Positions 11,418 through 20,855 of a DNA stretch of 64,000 nucleotides are shown here, in pieces. Location: assembly GCA_045628825.1 (NCBI GenBank), contig JAZQQA010000047.1, positions 9,577 through 73,576 on the forward strand, written 5' to 3'. This DNA is from Agathobacter sp. Its GTDB lineage: Bacteria > Bacillota > Clostridia > Lachnospirales > Lachnospiraceae. The notes beneath the pieces were generated by a model. It made no database searches. It was not told the DNA's origin and saw only the letters and a list, made by a program, of their open reading frames with translations. The position numbers and the translations under genes were made by a program. Position 1 is the first letter of the stretch. Every line of letters starts with the position of its first letter.

Positions 11418-12482
11418 CTATTCATCATCATTTCTTAAATGTACATATTTTGCTGCCGCACGCCGTCTATCATCCTCAATAGCAGCATAATGCTTACGGG
11501 TTGTATTCACATCCTTATGTCCCAACACATCAGCTACTAGATAAATATCCCCAGTTTCACGATATAAAGCGGTACCATAAGTACTTCGAAGCTTATGTGG
11601 AGTAATATTCTTTAAATTCGTTACAAGCTTCGAATATTTCTTAACTAGATTCTCAACAGCGCGAACCGTTATTCGTTTCTTTTGAAGAGAAAGAAAGAGA
11701 GCATTGGTACTTCCTGGTGCAGCATCAATACCTTGTCGTTCCTCCCAATAAGGAATCAAAGCATCACGTACTTCATTACTAAAATATACAACAACCTCAG
11801 CACCACCTTTTCGATGCACCTTAATACCATTGTTTTTAAAATCTACATCATCAAGATCCAATCCTACACATTCAGATACACGAATTCCTGTTCCAAGCAT
11901 TAAGGTAAGAAGTGCCAGATCACGTACCTTAGTCTTTTCGTGGTAGGCAATCTGTCGATCGGACAATTTTTCGCCAAATTCAACCACATCAAGAAGCTCA
12001 GCAACTTCATCTGCATCTAATCTTACTATGGTTTTGTCATGTAGCTTTGGCATATCAACCTTCACAGCCGGATTGGTATCAATCAACTCATTTTTAAAGA
12101 AATAATTATAAAAGGTACGTAAGGATGCAAGCTTTCGTTTGATTCCGCGCTCCTCATTGGCATGTGCTTTTCCATCTTTATCGTATACCTTTAGATAATA
12201 CAAATATTCCTCAATATCCTGAGGCGTTAAGGAATCTAGAATTTTAATCGGCAAATCAGGAATTTCAATCTTCTTAAGTGATGGATTATTATCTTTCAAA
12301 TAGTGAAAAAAGCATCCCAAATCATATGCATAAGCAATTCTTGTTCTAGATGAAGTTGTAGGCTCAATGGCAATAAAAAATTGCTTACAAAAACGAGGGA
12401 GATCCTTTAATAATTCACGTAGCTTTAACTCATTTTTTATAATAACGTCTTCATAGTAGGCTTTATCTGGCATACTGAACAT
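11418..12482 (-). CDS. Xer-family tyrosine recombinase (XerS-like size)
   Basis: RKLASLR, TGIRVSE, RKG, HKLR, LGH and catalytic Tyr (TTRKHY); 354 aa; no flanking mobile-element genes. Confidence 0.9.
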   Translation of the reverse strand: MFSMPDKAYYEDVIIKNELKLRELLKDLPRFCKQFFIAIEPTTSSRTRIAYAYDLGCFFHYLKDNNPSLKKIEIPDLPIKILDSLTPQDIEEYLYYLKVYDKDGKAHANEERGIKRKLASLRTFYNYFFKNELIDTNPAVKVDMPKLHDKTIVRLDADEVAELLDVVEFGEKLSDRQIAYHEKTKVRDLALLTLMLGTGIRVSECVGLDLDDVDFKNNGIKVHRKGGAEVVVYFSNEVRDALIPYWEERQGIDAAPGSTNALFLSLQKKRITVRAVENLVKKYSKLVTNLKNITPHKLRSTYGTALYRETGDIYLVADVLGHKDVNTTRKHYAAIEDDRRRAAAKYVHLRNDDE

Positions 12483-12528
12483 TTTCCCCTTTCATAATAT
12501 AAAACGCGTATATGAGGCTTATACGACG

Positions 12529-13245
12529 TTAGGAGGGCCAATCATAGATATGACCATTTATAATTGCGTGAAAGAATTTCTTTTTTACACCTGGATTCTC
12601 TTGATTTAACTGTCTTACAAGATTTTTTACATATTCTCTTTTTGTATGACCATCATAAGGGCATGGATTTTTAATTGTCGTCATTGGATACTTATTCATA
12701 AATCCAATTACATGGGCCTCAGGAACATACATAAGAGGACGAATAACCGTTAGTCCTGAATCTTCCATAGGAGTAACTGGAGGAAATACATAAAATTGTC
12801 CTTCATATATGAGTGACATAAACATGGTTTCAATCATATCGTCCATGTGATGGGCATAAGCAATCTTATTGCAGCCAAGCTCCAAAGCCTTTTGATTCAA
12901 GGCACCTTTTCTAAGCTTTGCACAAAGAGAGCAATAGGAGCCTTCGCTTTCATGAACCTTAACAATTTCACCAATTTGCGTCTTAACGACATAATATGGC
13001 ACATCTAGTGCTTCACAAAGGGATATAAGAGGAGAGAGGTCAAAGCCTTCATATCCCAAATCAACAGTTATCGCAACAAGTTCATATGTTTCCGGATAAA
13101 ACTTTCGCATTCCAGCTAATGCTTGCAGAAGCGTAAGAGAATCCTTTCCTCCTGATAAACCAACTGCAACTTTATCGCCAGAAGAGAGCATATGATAATC
13201 CTGACATGCGCGACGCACATAACTATATAATTTTTGTTTGTCCAT
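12529..13245 (-). CDS. ttcA: TtcA-family tRNA thiolation PP-loop protein
   Basis: SGGKDS PP-loop, CSLC, AHHMDD, IRPL; start 13245 chosen by GGAGG RBS. Confidence 0.8.
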   Translation of the reverse strand: MDKQKLYSYVRRACQDYHMLSSGDKVAVGLSGGKDSLTLLQALAGMRKFYPETYELVAITVDLGYEGFDLSPLISLCEALDVPYYVVKTQIGEIVKVHESEGSYCSLCAKLRKGALNQKALELGCNKIAYAHHMDDMIETMFMSLIYEGQFYVFPPVTPMEDSGLTVIRPLMYVPEAHVIGFMNKYPMTTIKNPCPYDGHTKREYVKNLVRQLNQENPGVKKKFFHAIINGHIYDWPS

Positions 13246-13371
13246 ACACTTCCTCCAACAAGATATAGGTATCATATATGCATTTGTTCGCATATATAGT
13301 ATAATATAAATATTAAAAAGATGACACAATATGATATCGTTAAATATTTAACATAACAATAGGAGATAACA

Positions 13372-13821
13372 ATGAAATTTTTAATACAACGCGTGACAGA
13401 AGCTTCATGCACGGTTGACAATCAAATAACAGGCCAAATTAAGCAAGGATTCTGTGTTTTTATCGGCATATGTGATACGGATAATACAGAAATCGCTGAT
13501 AAAATGGTTCGAAAGATGACTGGACTTCGCATTTTTGCTGATGAAAATGGAAAAACCAACAAATCCCTTGCAGATATCGATGGAAGCTTACTGTTAATTT
13601 CACAATTTACCCTATATGCCAATTGTAAAAAGGGAAATCGTCCATCCTTTACAGATGCAGGAAATCCAGAGTTGGCCAACCAATTATATGAATATATCAT
13701 TGAAAAATGCAAAGAAATTGTCCCAGTCGTTGAAACAGGAATCTTTGGTGCAGATATGAAAATACATATCGAGAACGACGGACCATTTACCATTGATCTT
13801 GATTCCAATGAAATCATATAA
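13372..13821 (+). CDS. dtd: D-aminoacyl-tRNA deacylase
   Basis: QRV, LRIF, SQFTL, NDGPFT. Confidence 0.96.
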   Translation: MKFLIQRVTEASCTVDNQITGQIKQGFCVFIGICDTDNTEIADKMVRKMTGLRIFADENGKTNKSLADIDGSLLLISQFTLYANCKKGNRPSFTDAGNPELANQLYEYIIEKCKEIVPVVETGIFGADMKIHIENDGPFTIDLDSNEII

Positions 13822-13869
13822 AATGCAAGGAAATAGCAGCATTTACTCCTATTTATAGTATAATCTATT

Positions 13870-13897
13870 TATTCGCAAAACACAAGTTTAACGAATA
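13870..13897. other. Candidate dif-like recombination site
   Basis: TATTCGCAAAAC-ACAA-GTTTAACGAATA, 10 of 12 arm positions complementary; intergenic at the orientation switch; resembles difSL/difH. Confidence 0.5.
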
Positions 13898-13926
13898 GTT
13901 TATATGAAAATAATATATTCCCATAT

Positions 13927-13979
13927 AAAAAAAGGCAGGATTTGCAATTCTTTTACGAATCATCAAATTCCTGCCTTTT
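13927..13979. terminator. Bidirectional terminator between dtd and the cytidylate kinase-like gene
   Basis: AAAAGGCAGGA...TCCTGCCTTTT. Confidence 0.75.
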
Positions 13980-13995
13980 AATTATCACAATCAAT

Positions 13996-14628
13996 CTATT
14001 TTTGATTTGCTTCCATCATTTGCTGGAATGCAATAATCATATCTACACATTGATCAATTGTAAGCTTACTGGTATTTAAAGATAAATCATAAGAGCGAGT
14101 ATCTCCCCACTTCTTACTTGTATAATAATTATAGTAACTTGAACGCTGTTTATCCTTTTTATGGATCATATCTTTCGCCTTAGACTCTGTAACATCCATA
14201 CGCTTACTTACCCATTTGATTCGATCTTCCAAATCACCACGAATAAATACATTAATAACATGATCAAAGTCAGCCAAAGCATAATCAGCACATCGACCAA
14301 CAATTACACAAGATCCATCCTCAGCTAATTTCTTAATTGCATCAAACTGAGCTAAAAATACCTTATGATTCAATGGCATATCAAGGAAAGGTGCTGCAGA
14401 ATAATTACCAGCTGAATATGTATCCATTACAAGAGAATACAAAAAGCTATTGGTCGGTTTTTCATCATGATTTTCAAAAATTTCTTCGCAAAAACCCGAA
14501 TCCTTTGCAGCTTTTTGCAACAATTCTTTATCGTAGAATGGAATTCCAAGTTTTTCAGCCAAAGCCTGTCCTACCTGAAGTCCACCACTACCAAATTCAC
14601 GACCAATTGTAAATATATATTTTCCCAT
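13996..14628 (-). CDS. Cytidylate kinase-like family protein
   Basis: TIGREFGSGG, YDKELL, CVIVGRCADY. Confidence 0.88.
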   Translation of the reverse strand: MGKYIFTIGREFGSGGLQVGQALAEKLGIPFYDKELLQKAAKDSGFCEEIFENHDEKPTNSFLYSLVMDTYSAGNYSAAPFLDMPLNHKVFLAQFDAIKKLAEDGSCVIVGRCADYALADFDHVINVFIRGDLEDRIKWVSKRMDVTESKAKDMIHKKDKQRSSYYNYYTSKKWGDTRSYDLSLNTSKLTIDQCVDMIIAFQQMMEANQK

Positions 14629-14674
14629 GTAAAAACCCCCTTCTTGTTATAAAAATTATACTAAAAATAACGCA

Positions 14675-15589
14675 CTAATTCAACTTGTTTAGTAACTTTT
14701 CAAAGTAGTCTGGTAAAGGTGCGGTGCATTCTACATAATCACCTGTTTTTGGATGAACAAACCCTATGGTTTTAGCATGTAGCGTTTGACCAATACATTC
14801 TTTAAATGGGCATTTTTGTGAAGCATATAGCATATCACCCAATAAAGGATGTCCAATACTTGCCATGTGCACACGAATTTGGTGGGTACGACCAGTTTCT
14901 AACTTAAATTGTACATAAGTATAATTAGAAAAACGTTCTAGAACACGGTAATGCGTAATGGCAGGCTTTCCATTTTCCTCATTAATTGCCATTTTCTTTC
15001 GATCCTTTGGATTTCTGCCAATGGCTCCTTCAATGGTACCTTCATCTTCTTTTATCACACCATATACGATTCCTTCGTAGATTCGATTTACACTATGTAA
15101 CTTGATTTGATCTGCAATTTTTACATGTGCATCATCATTTTTGCAAATAATAAGTGATCCAGTTGTATCCATATCAATTCGATGGACAATTCCTGGTCGA
15201 ATTTCTCCATTAATTCCACTCAAGGAATCCTTGCAATGAAACATAACTGCATTAACAAGAGTATGACTATAGTGGCCAGCCGAAGGATGTACCACCATGC
15301 CCTTTGGTTTATTTACCACAAGAACATCATCATCCTCATAGAGAATATCCAATGGAATATCTTCAGGTTCAATCGCTGTTTCAACTGCATCTGGAAAAGC
15401 AATACACACAAGATCATCTACCTTCAAACGATAATTTGCCTTTTGCTCTTTATCGTTTACTTTTACTTGATTATCTTTTATGATTTTTTGAAAAAATGAA
15501 CGCGAAATATCTGGATAAATCAAGCTTAAATATTTATCCAGTCTTTCTCCTTCTTGTTCAGCTAATACTTCAAATTCTTCAAATTTCAT
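14675..15589 (-). CDS. rluD: RluA/RluD-family 23S rRNA pseudouridine synthase
   Basis: S4 domain, NKPKGMVVHP, HRIDMDTTG, ETGRTHQIRVH. Confidence 0.93.
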   Translation of the reverse strand: MKFEEFEVLAEQEGERLDKYLSLIYPDISRSFFQKIIKDNQVKVNDKEQKANYRLKVDDLVCIAFPDAVETAIEPEDIPLDILYEDDDVLVVNKPKGMVVHPSAGHYSHTLVNAVMFHCKDSLSGINGEIRPGIVHRIDMDTTGSLIICKNDDAHVKIADQIKLHSVNRIYEGIVYGVIKEDEGTIEGAIGRNPKDRKKMAINEENGKPAITHYRVLERFSNYTYVQFKLETGRTHQIRVHMASIGHPLLGDMLYASQKCPFKECIGQTLHAKTIGFVHPKTGDYVECTAPLPDYFEKLLNKLN

Positions 15590-15607
15590 AAAATCATCCC
15601 TGGTTAA

Positions 15608-16207
15608 TTACTTCGCGTCACGAATCTTATCCTTTTTCGAAGGAAAAATCACTTCATAGTCTTCTTCTTTATAATAGAAAATTCCAAGTACAATAATAAT
15701 AAATGCCGCAACGGTTACATAGATATCTGCAACATTAAAAACAGGAAAATTGATGAGACTAAAATAAAAAAAGTCTACAACATAATTATGCCATGCTCGA
15801 TCAATGACATTTCCAATTGCTCCTGAAATAAACAAAATTACAGTTAGATTCGCCCAGAAAAAACGCTTTGTATTTGGAATACGTAGATACAAAAGGAATA
15901 ATAGTATTACTACAACAAATGTAACTACAATAAAGAATATCATCTTGGCTCTTAGGAACGCATCTGGGTGTTCAATAAAGTATTGAAACTTAAAAATCTT
16001 TTGTATAATCGTGATTAAATCGATTCCAAACGCAGCACTTTGGTTCTCCAAATAGGACAACTCAAACACATTAGGAATAAGCACAAAGCTTGGCTTATTT
16101 TTCAGTCCAACAACTGCCCATAGCTTTGTTAATTGATCCAAAAGCACAAGTGAAAGCATTATCGCAATGCTTACGATTATATTAATTCTTGTTTTAACAT
16201 TCTTCAT
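15608..16207 (-). CDS. lspA: Lipoprotein signal peptidase II
   Basis: DQLTK, GAIGNVIDR, VVDF, FPVFNVADI. Confidence 0.92.
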   Translation of the reverse strand: MKNVKTRINIIVSIAIMLSLVLLDQLTKLWAVVGLKNKPSFVLIPNVFELSYLENQSAAFGIDLITIIQKIFKFQYFIEHPDAFLRAKMIFFIVVTFVVVILLFLLYLRIPNTKRFFWANLTVILFISGAIGNVIDRAWHNYVVDFFYFSLINFPVFNVADIYVTVAAFIIIVLGIFYYKEEDYEVIFPSKKDKIRDAK

Positions 16208-16247
16208 AATCCGTCATTTCCTATATTTCTCATATTTTATAAAATAG

Positions 16248-16281
16248 AAAAAGCATCAAATCCATACAGGTCTGATGCTTT
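16248..16281 (-). terminator. Terminator after sepF
   Basis: AAAGCATCA...TGATGCTTT with a U tract on the minus strand. Confidence 0.6.
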
Positions 16282-16291
16282 ATCGCCTTGA

Positions 16292-16834
16292 TTAATAGCT
16301 GGTTCTTGAAGTATCAAAAGAATCAACGATATTCTGGAAGTCACCAGAGATATCTACATTCTTTGGAGTAATGATAAAGATGTAATTTGATATCTTCTGC
16401 AAATTTCCTTGAATTGCAAAGCATGCGCCAGAAGTAAAATCAATAATTCTCTGTGCAATCTCTACATTCAAACCTTCTACATTCAGTACAACAGTGCTAC
16501 CGTTCAATAATGTCTCTGTAATCTCTCGACCATCTTCTACAGAAGTAGGCTTGATTACGCAAACTTCCATTCCCATAACCTGTTTTCTTTGTCCTTTCGT
16601 TATTGGAGTTACTCTAGGAGTTGTTCTTACACGCTCCTTTGGAATCTCCTCTTCCTCTTCTTCCTCTTCCTCTTCTACACGCTTCTTATCGCGTCCCTTA
16701 AACAAAGACTTTTTAGGAGTGTCTTCTTCCTCTTCTTCCTCATCTTCGTCGTATGGAAGATCATCGTCATCTTCAAGCTCGTCGTCATCATCATTGAGTC
16801 GCATCATATTGAGCATTTTATCCATAAAAGCCAT
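16292..16834 (-). CDS. sepF: Cell division protein SepF
   Basis: C-terminal AQRIIDFTSGA..G, IFIITP; long acidic linker. Confidence 0.92.
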   Translation of the reverse strand: MAFMDKMLNMMRLNDDDDELEDDDDLPYDEDEEEEEEDTPKKSLFKGRDKKRVEEEEEEEEEEIPKERVRTTPRVTPITKGQRKQVMGMEVCVIKPTSVEDGREITETLLNGSTVVLNVEGLNVEIAQRIIDFTSGACFAIQGNLQKISNYIFIITPKNVDISGDFQNIVDSFDTSRTSY

Positions 16835-16857
16835 TCTATCATTCTCCTAACGAATTA

Positions 16858-17550
16858 TTATTTTGAATAGTCTCTGGCTCCAAAAATACCAGTTCCTACA
16901 CGAACCATCGTGGCACCTTCTTCAATCGCGACCATATAATCGCCACTCATGCCCATCGATAGTACATTCATATTAATATTATCTATGTTTTGATTTGCTA
17001 TGTCAACCGATAACTTCTTGATTCCACGGAAGTACAAACGATTCTCTTCAGGGTCTTCTACATAAGGCGCAATGGTCATAAGACCTTCAATTTTTACATG
17101 TGGAAGCTTTGCAATTTCCTTCACAAGTGCAATTGTTTCATCCACATGAATGCCAAACTTAGAATCCTCCTCAGCAATATTTACTTCTACCAAAATCGGA
17201 ACAATGACATCAATTTTTGCAGCCTGCTTTTCTATCTCTTCTGCAAGATGCAAACTATCAACAGAATGGATAAGTGTTGTTTTCCCTACAATATATTTCA
17301 CTTTATTGGTCTGTAAATGACCAATCATATGCCAATGAATATCGGTAGGCATGACCTCCATTTTATCGCACATTTCCTGTACTTTGTTCTCGCCAAACTC
17401 ACGAATCCCGGTATCGTATACCTCGGTAAGCATCTCAACAGGCTTTGTTTTACTCACTGCAATCAATGTAACGCTTGAACGGTCTCTTCCAGCCCTCTCA
17501 CAAGCTCTACAGATATTTGCTTCCACTTCTTGTAAATTCTCTTTTAACAT
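16858..17550 (-). CDS. yggS: PLP homeostasis protein YggS/YlmE
   Basis: LIAVSKTK, FGENKVQE, WHMIGHLQTNK, LSMGMSGD. Confidence 0.96.
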   Translation of the reverse strand: MLKENLQEVEANICRACERAGRDRSSVTLIAVSKTKPVEMLTEVYDTGIREFGENKVQEMCDKMEVMPTDIHWHMIGHLQTNKVKYIVGKTTLIHSVDSLHLAEEIEKQAAKIDVIVPILVEVNIAEEDSKFGIHVDETIALVKEIAKLPHVKIEGLMTIAPYVEDPEENRLYFRGIKKLSVDIANQNIDNINMNVLSMGMSGDYMVAIEEGATMVRVGTGIFGARDYSK

Positions 17551-17561
17551 ACTTGAGTCCT

Positions 17562-18944
17562 TTATTTTGTAATTAATTGATCTTCCTTAAGTTTTGAACC
17601 ATCTAATGCAATATGATCATAGAGAGAAATGCCATAAGAGGTCTTTGGCTCAACAATCGCATACTCTTCATTCTCATATAAAATGGTAATCTGCTTAAAT
17701 ACTGCATAGCCTTTGTTGATGTTATAAACACCAGTCAAAGACTTCGTATCCGTTCCAATCACATAAGTGGTTAGAATTGAATCAGGCTTCTTAATAGACA
17801 TTCCACTGGATACGGATTCACCATCAATATAGTAATAGACGTCGTCACTATAGTATATGGTAGGATATACTGCACGGTCTCCTGTCTCATCGGAAATAAT
17901 AAGTCCCATATCCTTGCTGTCATTCCCACTCATAAAATAACTATGTGGAACTGTGAAAAATTCTTTGCTAGTAATTGCAGATTTTGGGATCTTAAGTCCT
18001 GTTGTATTAGATAAAACAAGTTCAACTTCACAAAACCGTTCATTAGCATAGCGCACCATGGAATTATGAAGCGTTAAAACAACATATGGTTTCTCTTCTA
18101 CATAAACGATTTCATAAATAACAGTTGTTGTAAAATCATCTTCGCAGAAACGAACTTTAACCACCGAACTATCGGATAGCCGACGAACCATCGCCTCATC
18201 AATTGGAATTACCAAATTCCAATCTTCCCCATTGACAAGCTTAAAAACAGGTGTCTCACCGGTTATGAAATCATTCGGCTGTAAGCTTTGTTTGTTATAG
18301 GAAGCATAATCAAATGCATTCGACGTAAAATTCAAAGGAGTAACACCTTCGTAGCCGTCTACATAGAATAGCGCTAGCCCTTGCTTTCCTGCACAATAAC
18401 GCCGAAATGTATTTTGCGCCTCTGCATTTACAATCTGTGCTGACAAATTGTTTAATGCCATAGAATTAAGCAACTGTTTCAGCTCAGAATTCATACTATC
18501 CTTGAAATCATAGACATAAGAAAAACGAGCAGAATCATAGTTCTTAATAAACACATCAAGCCCCGAAGACACCTGGGACATGGCAGACTTTGGTAAAGAA
18601 GAACCATCCGAACTACTTGCTTTAATCTGTTTTGACAAAGAACCATTCTTATCAATGGAATAAATCACATCATTTACAGACACTTTCGATGCATTTTTTG
18701 CGTAGTAGTTAATGTATCCTTCTTCCTGCGCATATACAACAGATTCATCTCTAAGAATCAAAGCTCGATAGGTATTATTAGACACAATAGATCCCTGAGA
18801 CACTTGATACTCCGCAATCGGTTTTCTTGTCATATAAGAAAAAATATGAAAGATCACATATAAAATTATAATAACAAAAAATACAAGTCCAATATTAAAC
18901 TGAAGTGGCTTTTTGTATTTTACAATCCCCTGTCTATCAGCCAA
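17562..18944 (-). CDS. HlyD/membrane-fusion-protein-like membrane-anchored protein
   Basis: N-terminal TM, lipoyl-like half motifs (A..EGYI, V.VND.IYSI), C-terminal beta domain; no partner transporter adjacent. Confidence 0.7.
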   Translation of the reverse strand: MADRQGIVKYKKPLQFNIGLVFFVIIILYVIFHIFSYMTRKPIAEYQVSQGSIVSNNTYRALILRDESVVYAQEEGYINYYAKNASKVSVNDVIYSIDKNGSLSKQIKASSSDGSSLPKSAMSQVSSGLDVFIKNYDSARFSYVYDFKDSMNSELKQLLNSMALNNLSAQIVNAEAQNTFRRYCAGKQGLALFYVDGYEGVTPLNFTSNAFDYASYNKQSLQPNDFITGETPVFKLVNGEDWNLVIPIDEAMVRRLSDSSVVKVRFCEDDFTTTVIYEIVYVEEKPYVVLTLHNSMVRYANERFCEVELVLSNTTGLKIPKSAITSKEFFTVPHSYFMSGNDSKDMGLIISDETGDRAVYPTIYYSDDVYYYIDGESVSSGMSIKKPDSILTTYVIGTDTKSLTGVYNINKGYAVFKQITILYENEEYAIVEPKTSYGISLYDHIALDGSKLKEDQLITK

Positions 18945-18957
18945 TGCTACACCTCAT

Positions 18958-18986
18958 AAAAAAGGTGCCGTTAAAAACGACACCTT
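18958..18986 (-). terminator. Intrinsic terminator
   Basis: AAGGTGCCGTT/AACGACACCTT stem with a U tract on the minus strand. Confidence 0.7.
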
Positions 18987-19007
18987 GATCATTCTTATTT
19001 AATAATC

Positions 19008-19430
19008 TTATAAAGCAATGACAATCTTAGCCTTTGCACTTTCCGGAAGCGCATCCTTATTCTTAGACACACTAAGAATGAACTTTACTTTATATTTCTC
19101 GCTGATTACATCAAGCTTTTCAATTGCCTTTACAATGTCTGCATCGTCAGATAAAGCAGCGATTGTAAGGAAACTGTCAAGGTACATTTCCTCTAAATCA
19201 TTATCCTGAGAAACAATACCACAAATAAATCCGATAAATTCATCACAGTTGGTTACTGGATAATCCATTACATTGATTAAACGAACCTTGTTATTCAGTT
19301 CATACATATGCTTCTGGCTCTTGTCTAAATATACAACACTACCAGTAGCAGAATTTACAGAATCATTAACCTTTGCTAATAATTCCTTTGTTTTTCCTTT
19401 ACCTTTTTCCCCACAAATAATCTCTATCAT
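19008..19430 (-). CDS. Small conserved P-loop-like protein of unknown function
   Basis: MIEIICGEKGKGKT Walker A-like motif, YLDS Walker B-like motif; RBS AGGAGG. Confidence 0.8.
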   Translation of the reverse strand: MIEIICGEKGKGKTKELLAKVNDSVNSATGSVVYLDKSQKHMYELNNKVRLINVMDYPVTNCDEFIGFICGIVSQDNDLEEMYLDSFLTIAALSDDADIVKAIEKLDVISEKYKVKFILSVSKNKDALPESAKAKIVIAL

Positions 19431-19495
19431 TGGTCTAATCCTCCTGATTAAAAATGATTGATAGAAGTGTCCCTTCACCTACTAATACTATATCA

Positions 19496-20476
19496 CTATT
19501 TGCCAAAGCCCGCAAGGATTTCAGACATCAAAAGATATAAATCCGATGGTCCACCAGCTTTGAATACAATGCTCACAATATCTTCCCCAGAAGCATTTTT
19601 TGAATACATTACAAGACAATATCCTGCAGCGCCAGTTGTACCTGTTTTTCCGCCAATTACTGTAAAACCATTCGGAGAATCCTTTTGCCCATTGATGAAT
19701 CGATTGGTATTGGTCCACGTCTTAGTAATGGTTTTCCCATCTGCACTGGTAAACAAGGCATTATAGGTTTTGCATCCAATCATTTCCTGAAATGCAGCTT
19801 CCTTAATTGCTTCCTGGAAAATCAAATACATATCATAAACTGTTGTATAATGATTGTCATCCGGCATACCATTTGGATTTACAAAATGGCTTCCCGTGCA
19901 TCCAAGTCCTAATGCGGTCTGATTCATTACTTCGGCAAAGGCTTCACAAGAGCCCGAATAATACTCAGCTAAAACAATTGCTGCATCATTGCCACTTGCA
20001 AGCATGAGTCCATACAAAAGGTCTTTAATGCTAATGATATCGCCCTCTTTCAGACCACAAACCGAAGAATCCGATGCCTGCGTTGCCGCAAAGGAACTAA
20101 CCGTAGCGTAGTCTCCCAAAGAACAATTTTTAATGATAATATATGCGGTTAAAATTTTGGTTGTACTTGCTGGAAACAATTGCTCATAGATGTTCTGTGA
20201 ATAGGTAATCTTCTTTGTATTCAGATTAAATACTCCAGCTGCTTCTGCAACTTCAGAATGCACCTCTGACAATCCAATGTTTTCATCTGGTCCAACACAC
20301 AAATTCGATGCAAAATAGTTCTCACTTCCAAGCGCCGAATTCTCCTGCGAAATTACTGCAGCCTTAGTCACATCATATGGATTTTCAAGAACAACCGATG
20401 TATTACATCCTGTCATAAAAAGAGCTGCTATGCAAAGATAGCATAGCAGTCTTATTTTCTTACTTATACATGTCAC
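19496..20476 (-). CDS. D-alanyl-D-alanine carboxypeptidase (S11), probable lipoprotein
   Basis: ASTTK, SGN, KTG motifs; lipobox-like FMTGC; GTG start at 20476 overlapping the mgsA end is inferred. Confidence 0.88.
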   Translation of the reverse strand: MTCISKKIRLLCYLCIAALFMTGCNTSVVLENPYDVTKAAVISQENSALGSENYFASNLCVGPDENIGLSEVHSEVAEAAGVFNLNTKKITYSQNIYEQLFPASTTKILTAYIIIKNCSLGDYATVSSFAATQASDSSVCGLKEGDIISIKDLLYGLMLASGNDAAIVLAEYYSGSCEAFAEVMNQTALGLGCTGSHFVNPNGMPDDNHYTTVYDMYLIFQEAIKEAAFQEMIGCKTYNALFTSADGKTITKTWTNTNRFINGQKDSPNGFTVIGGKTGTTGAAGYCLVMYSKNASGEDIVSIVFKAGGPSDLYLLMSEILAGFGK

Positions 20477-20855
20477 GCCAGTCCAAATCTCCTCTATCCA
20501 AAGCACGAATCAAAGTTTCTGCAGTTGCAAGGTTCGTAGCAAGCGGAATATTATGCTCATCACACAGCTTTACAATACTATTAACATCTGGCTCGTGTGA
20601 CTTTGGCTTAAGTGGATCACGAAGGAAAATGACAAGATCGATATCATTGTGCTCAATCTGTGCACCAAGCTGCTGTGTTCCACCCAAATGTCCTGCAAGA
20701 TATTTATGCACTTGAAGATTGGTCACCTCTTCAATCAATCGTCCGGTTGTACCAGTCGCATATAAATCATTCTTCATAAGAATTCCACGATATGCAATAC
20801 AAAAGTTCTGCATAAGTTTTTTCTTAGAATCATGTGCAACAAGTCCTATATTCAT
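20460..20855 (-). CDS. mgsA: Methylglyoxal synthase
   Basis: AHDSKK, ATGTTG, DPL...HEPD, PLATN. Confidence 0.93.
   Translation of the reverse strand: MNIGLVAHDSKKKLMQNFCIAYRGILMKNDLYATGTTGRLIEEVTNLQVHKYLAGHLGGTQQLGAQIEHNDIDLVIFLRDPLKPKSHEPDVNSIVKLCDEHNIPLATNLATAETLIRALDRGDLDWRDMYK

Noticed and set aside
11418..12482. Recombinase as the integrase of a prophage or ICE
   Set aside because: It is flanked by housekeeping genes, with no att repeats, excisionase or cargo genes.
13278..13289. Possible SOS box upstream of the ttcA-like gene (GAAC-AAAT-GCAT on the minus strand)
   Set aside because: Only one half-site matches.
13346..13373. ATTTAACATAA, identical to the XerD arm of the E. coli-type dif
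   Set aside because: No XerC-like arm follows a 6-bp spacer (that sequence is the dtd RBS and start); an AT-rich 11-mer can occur by chance.
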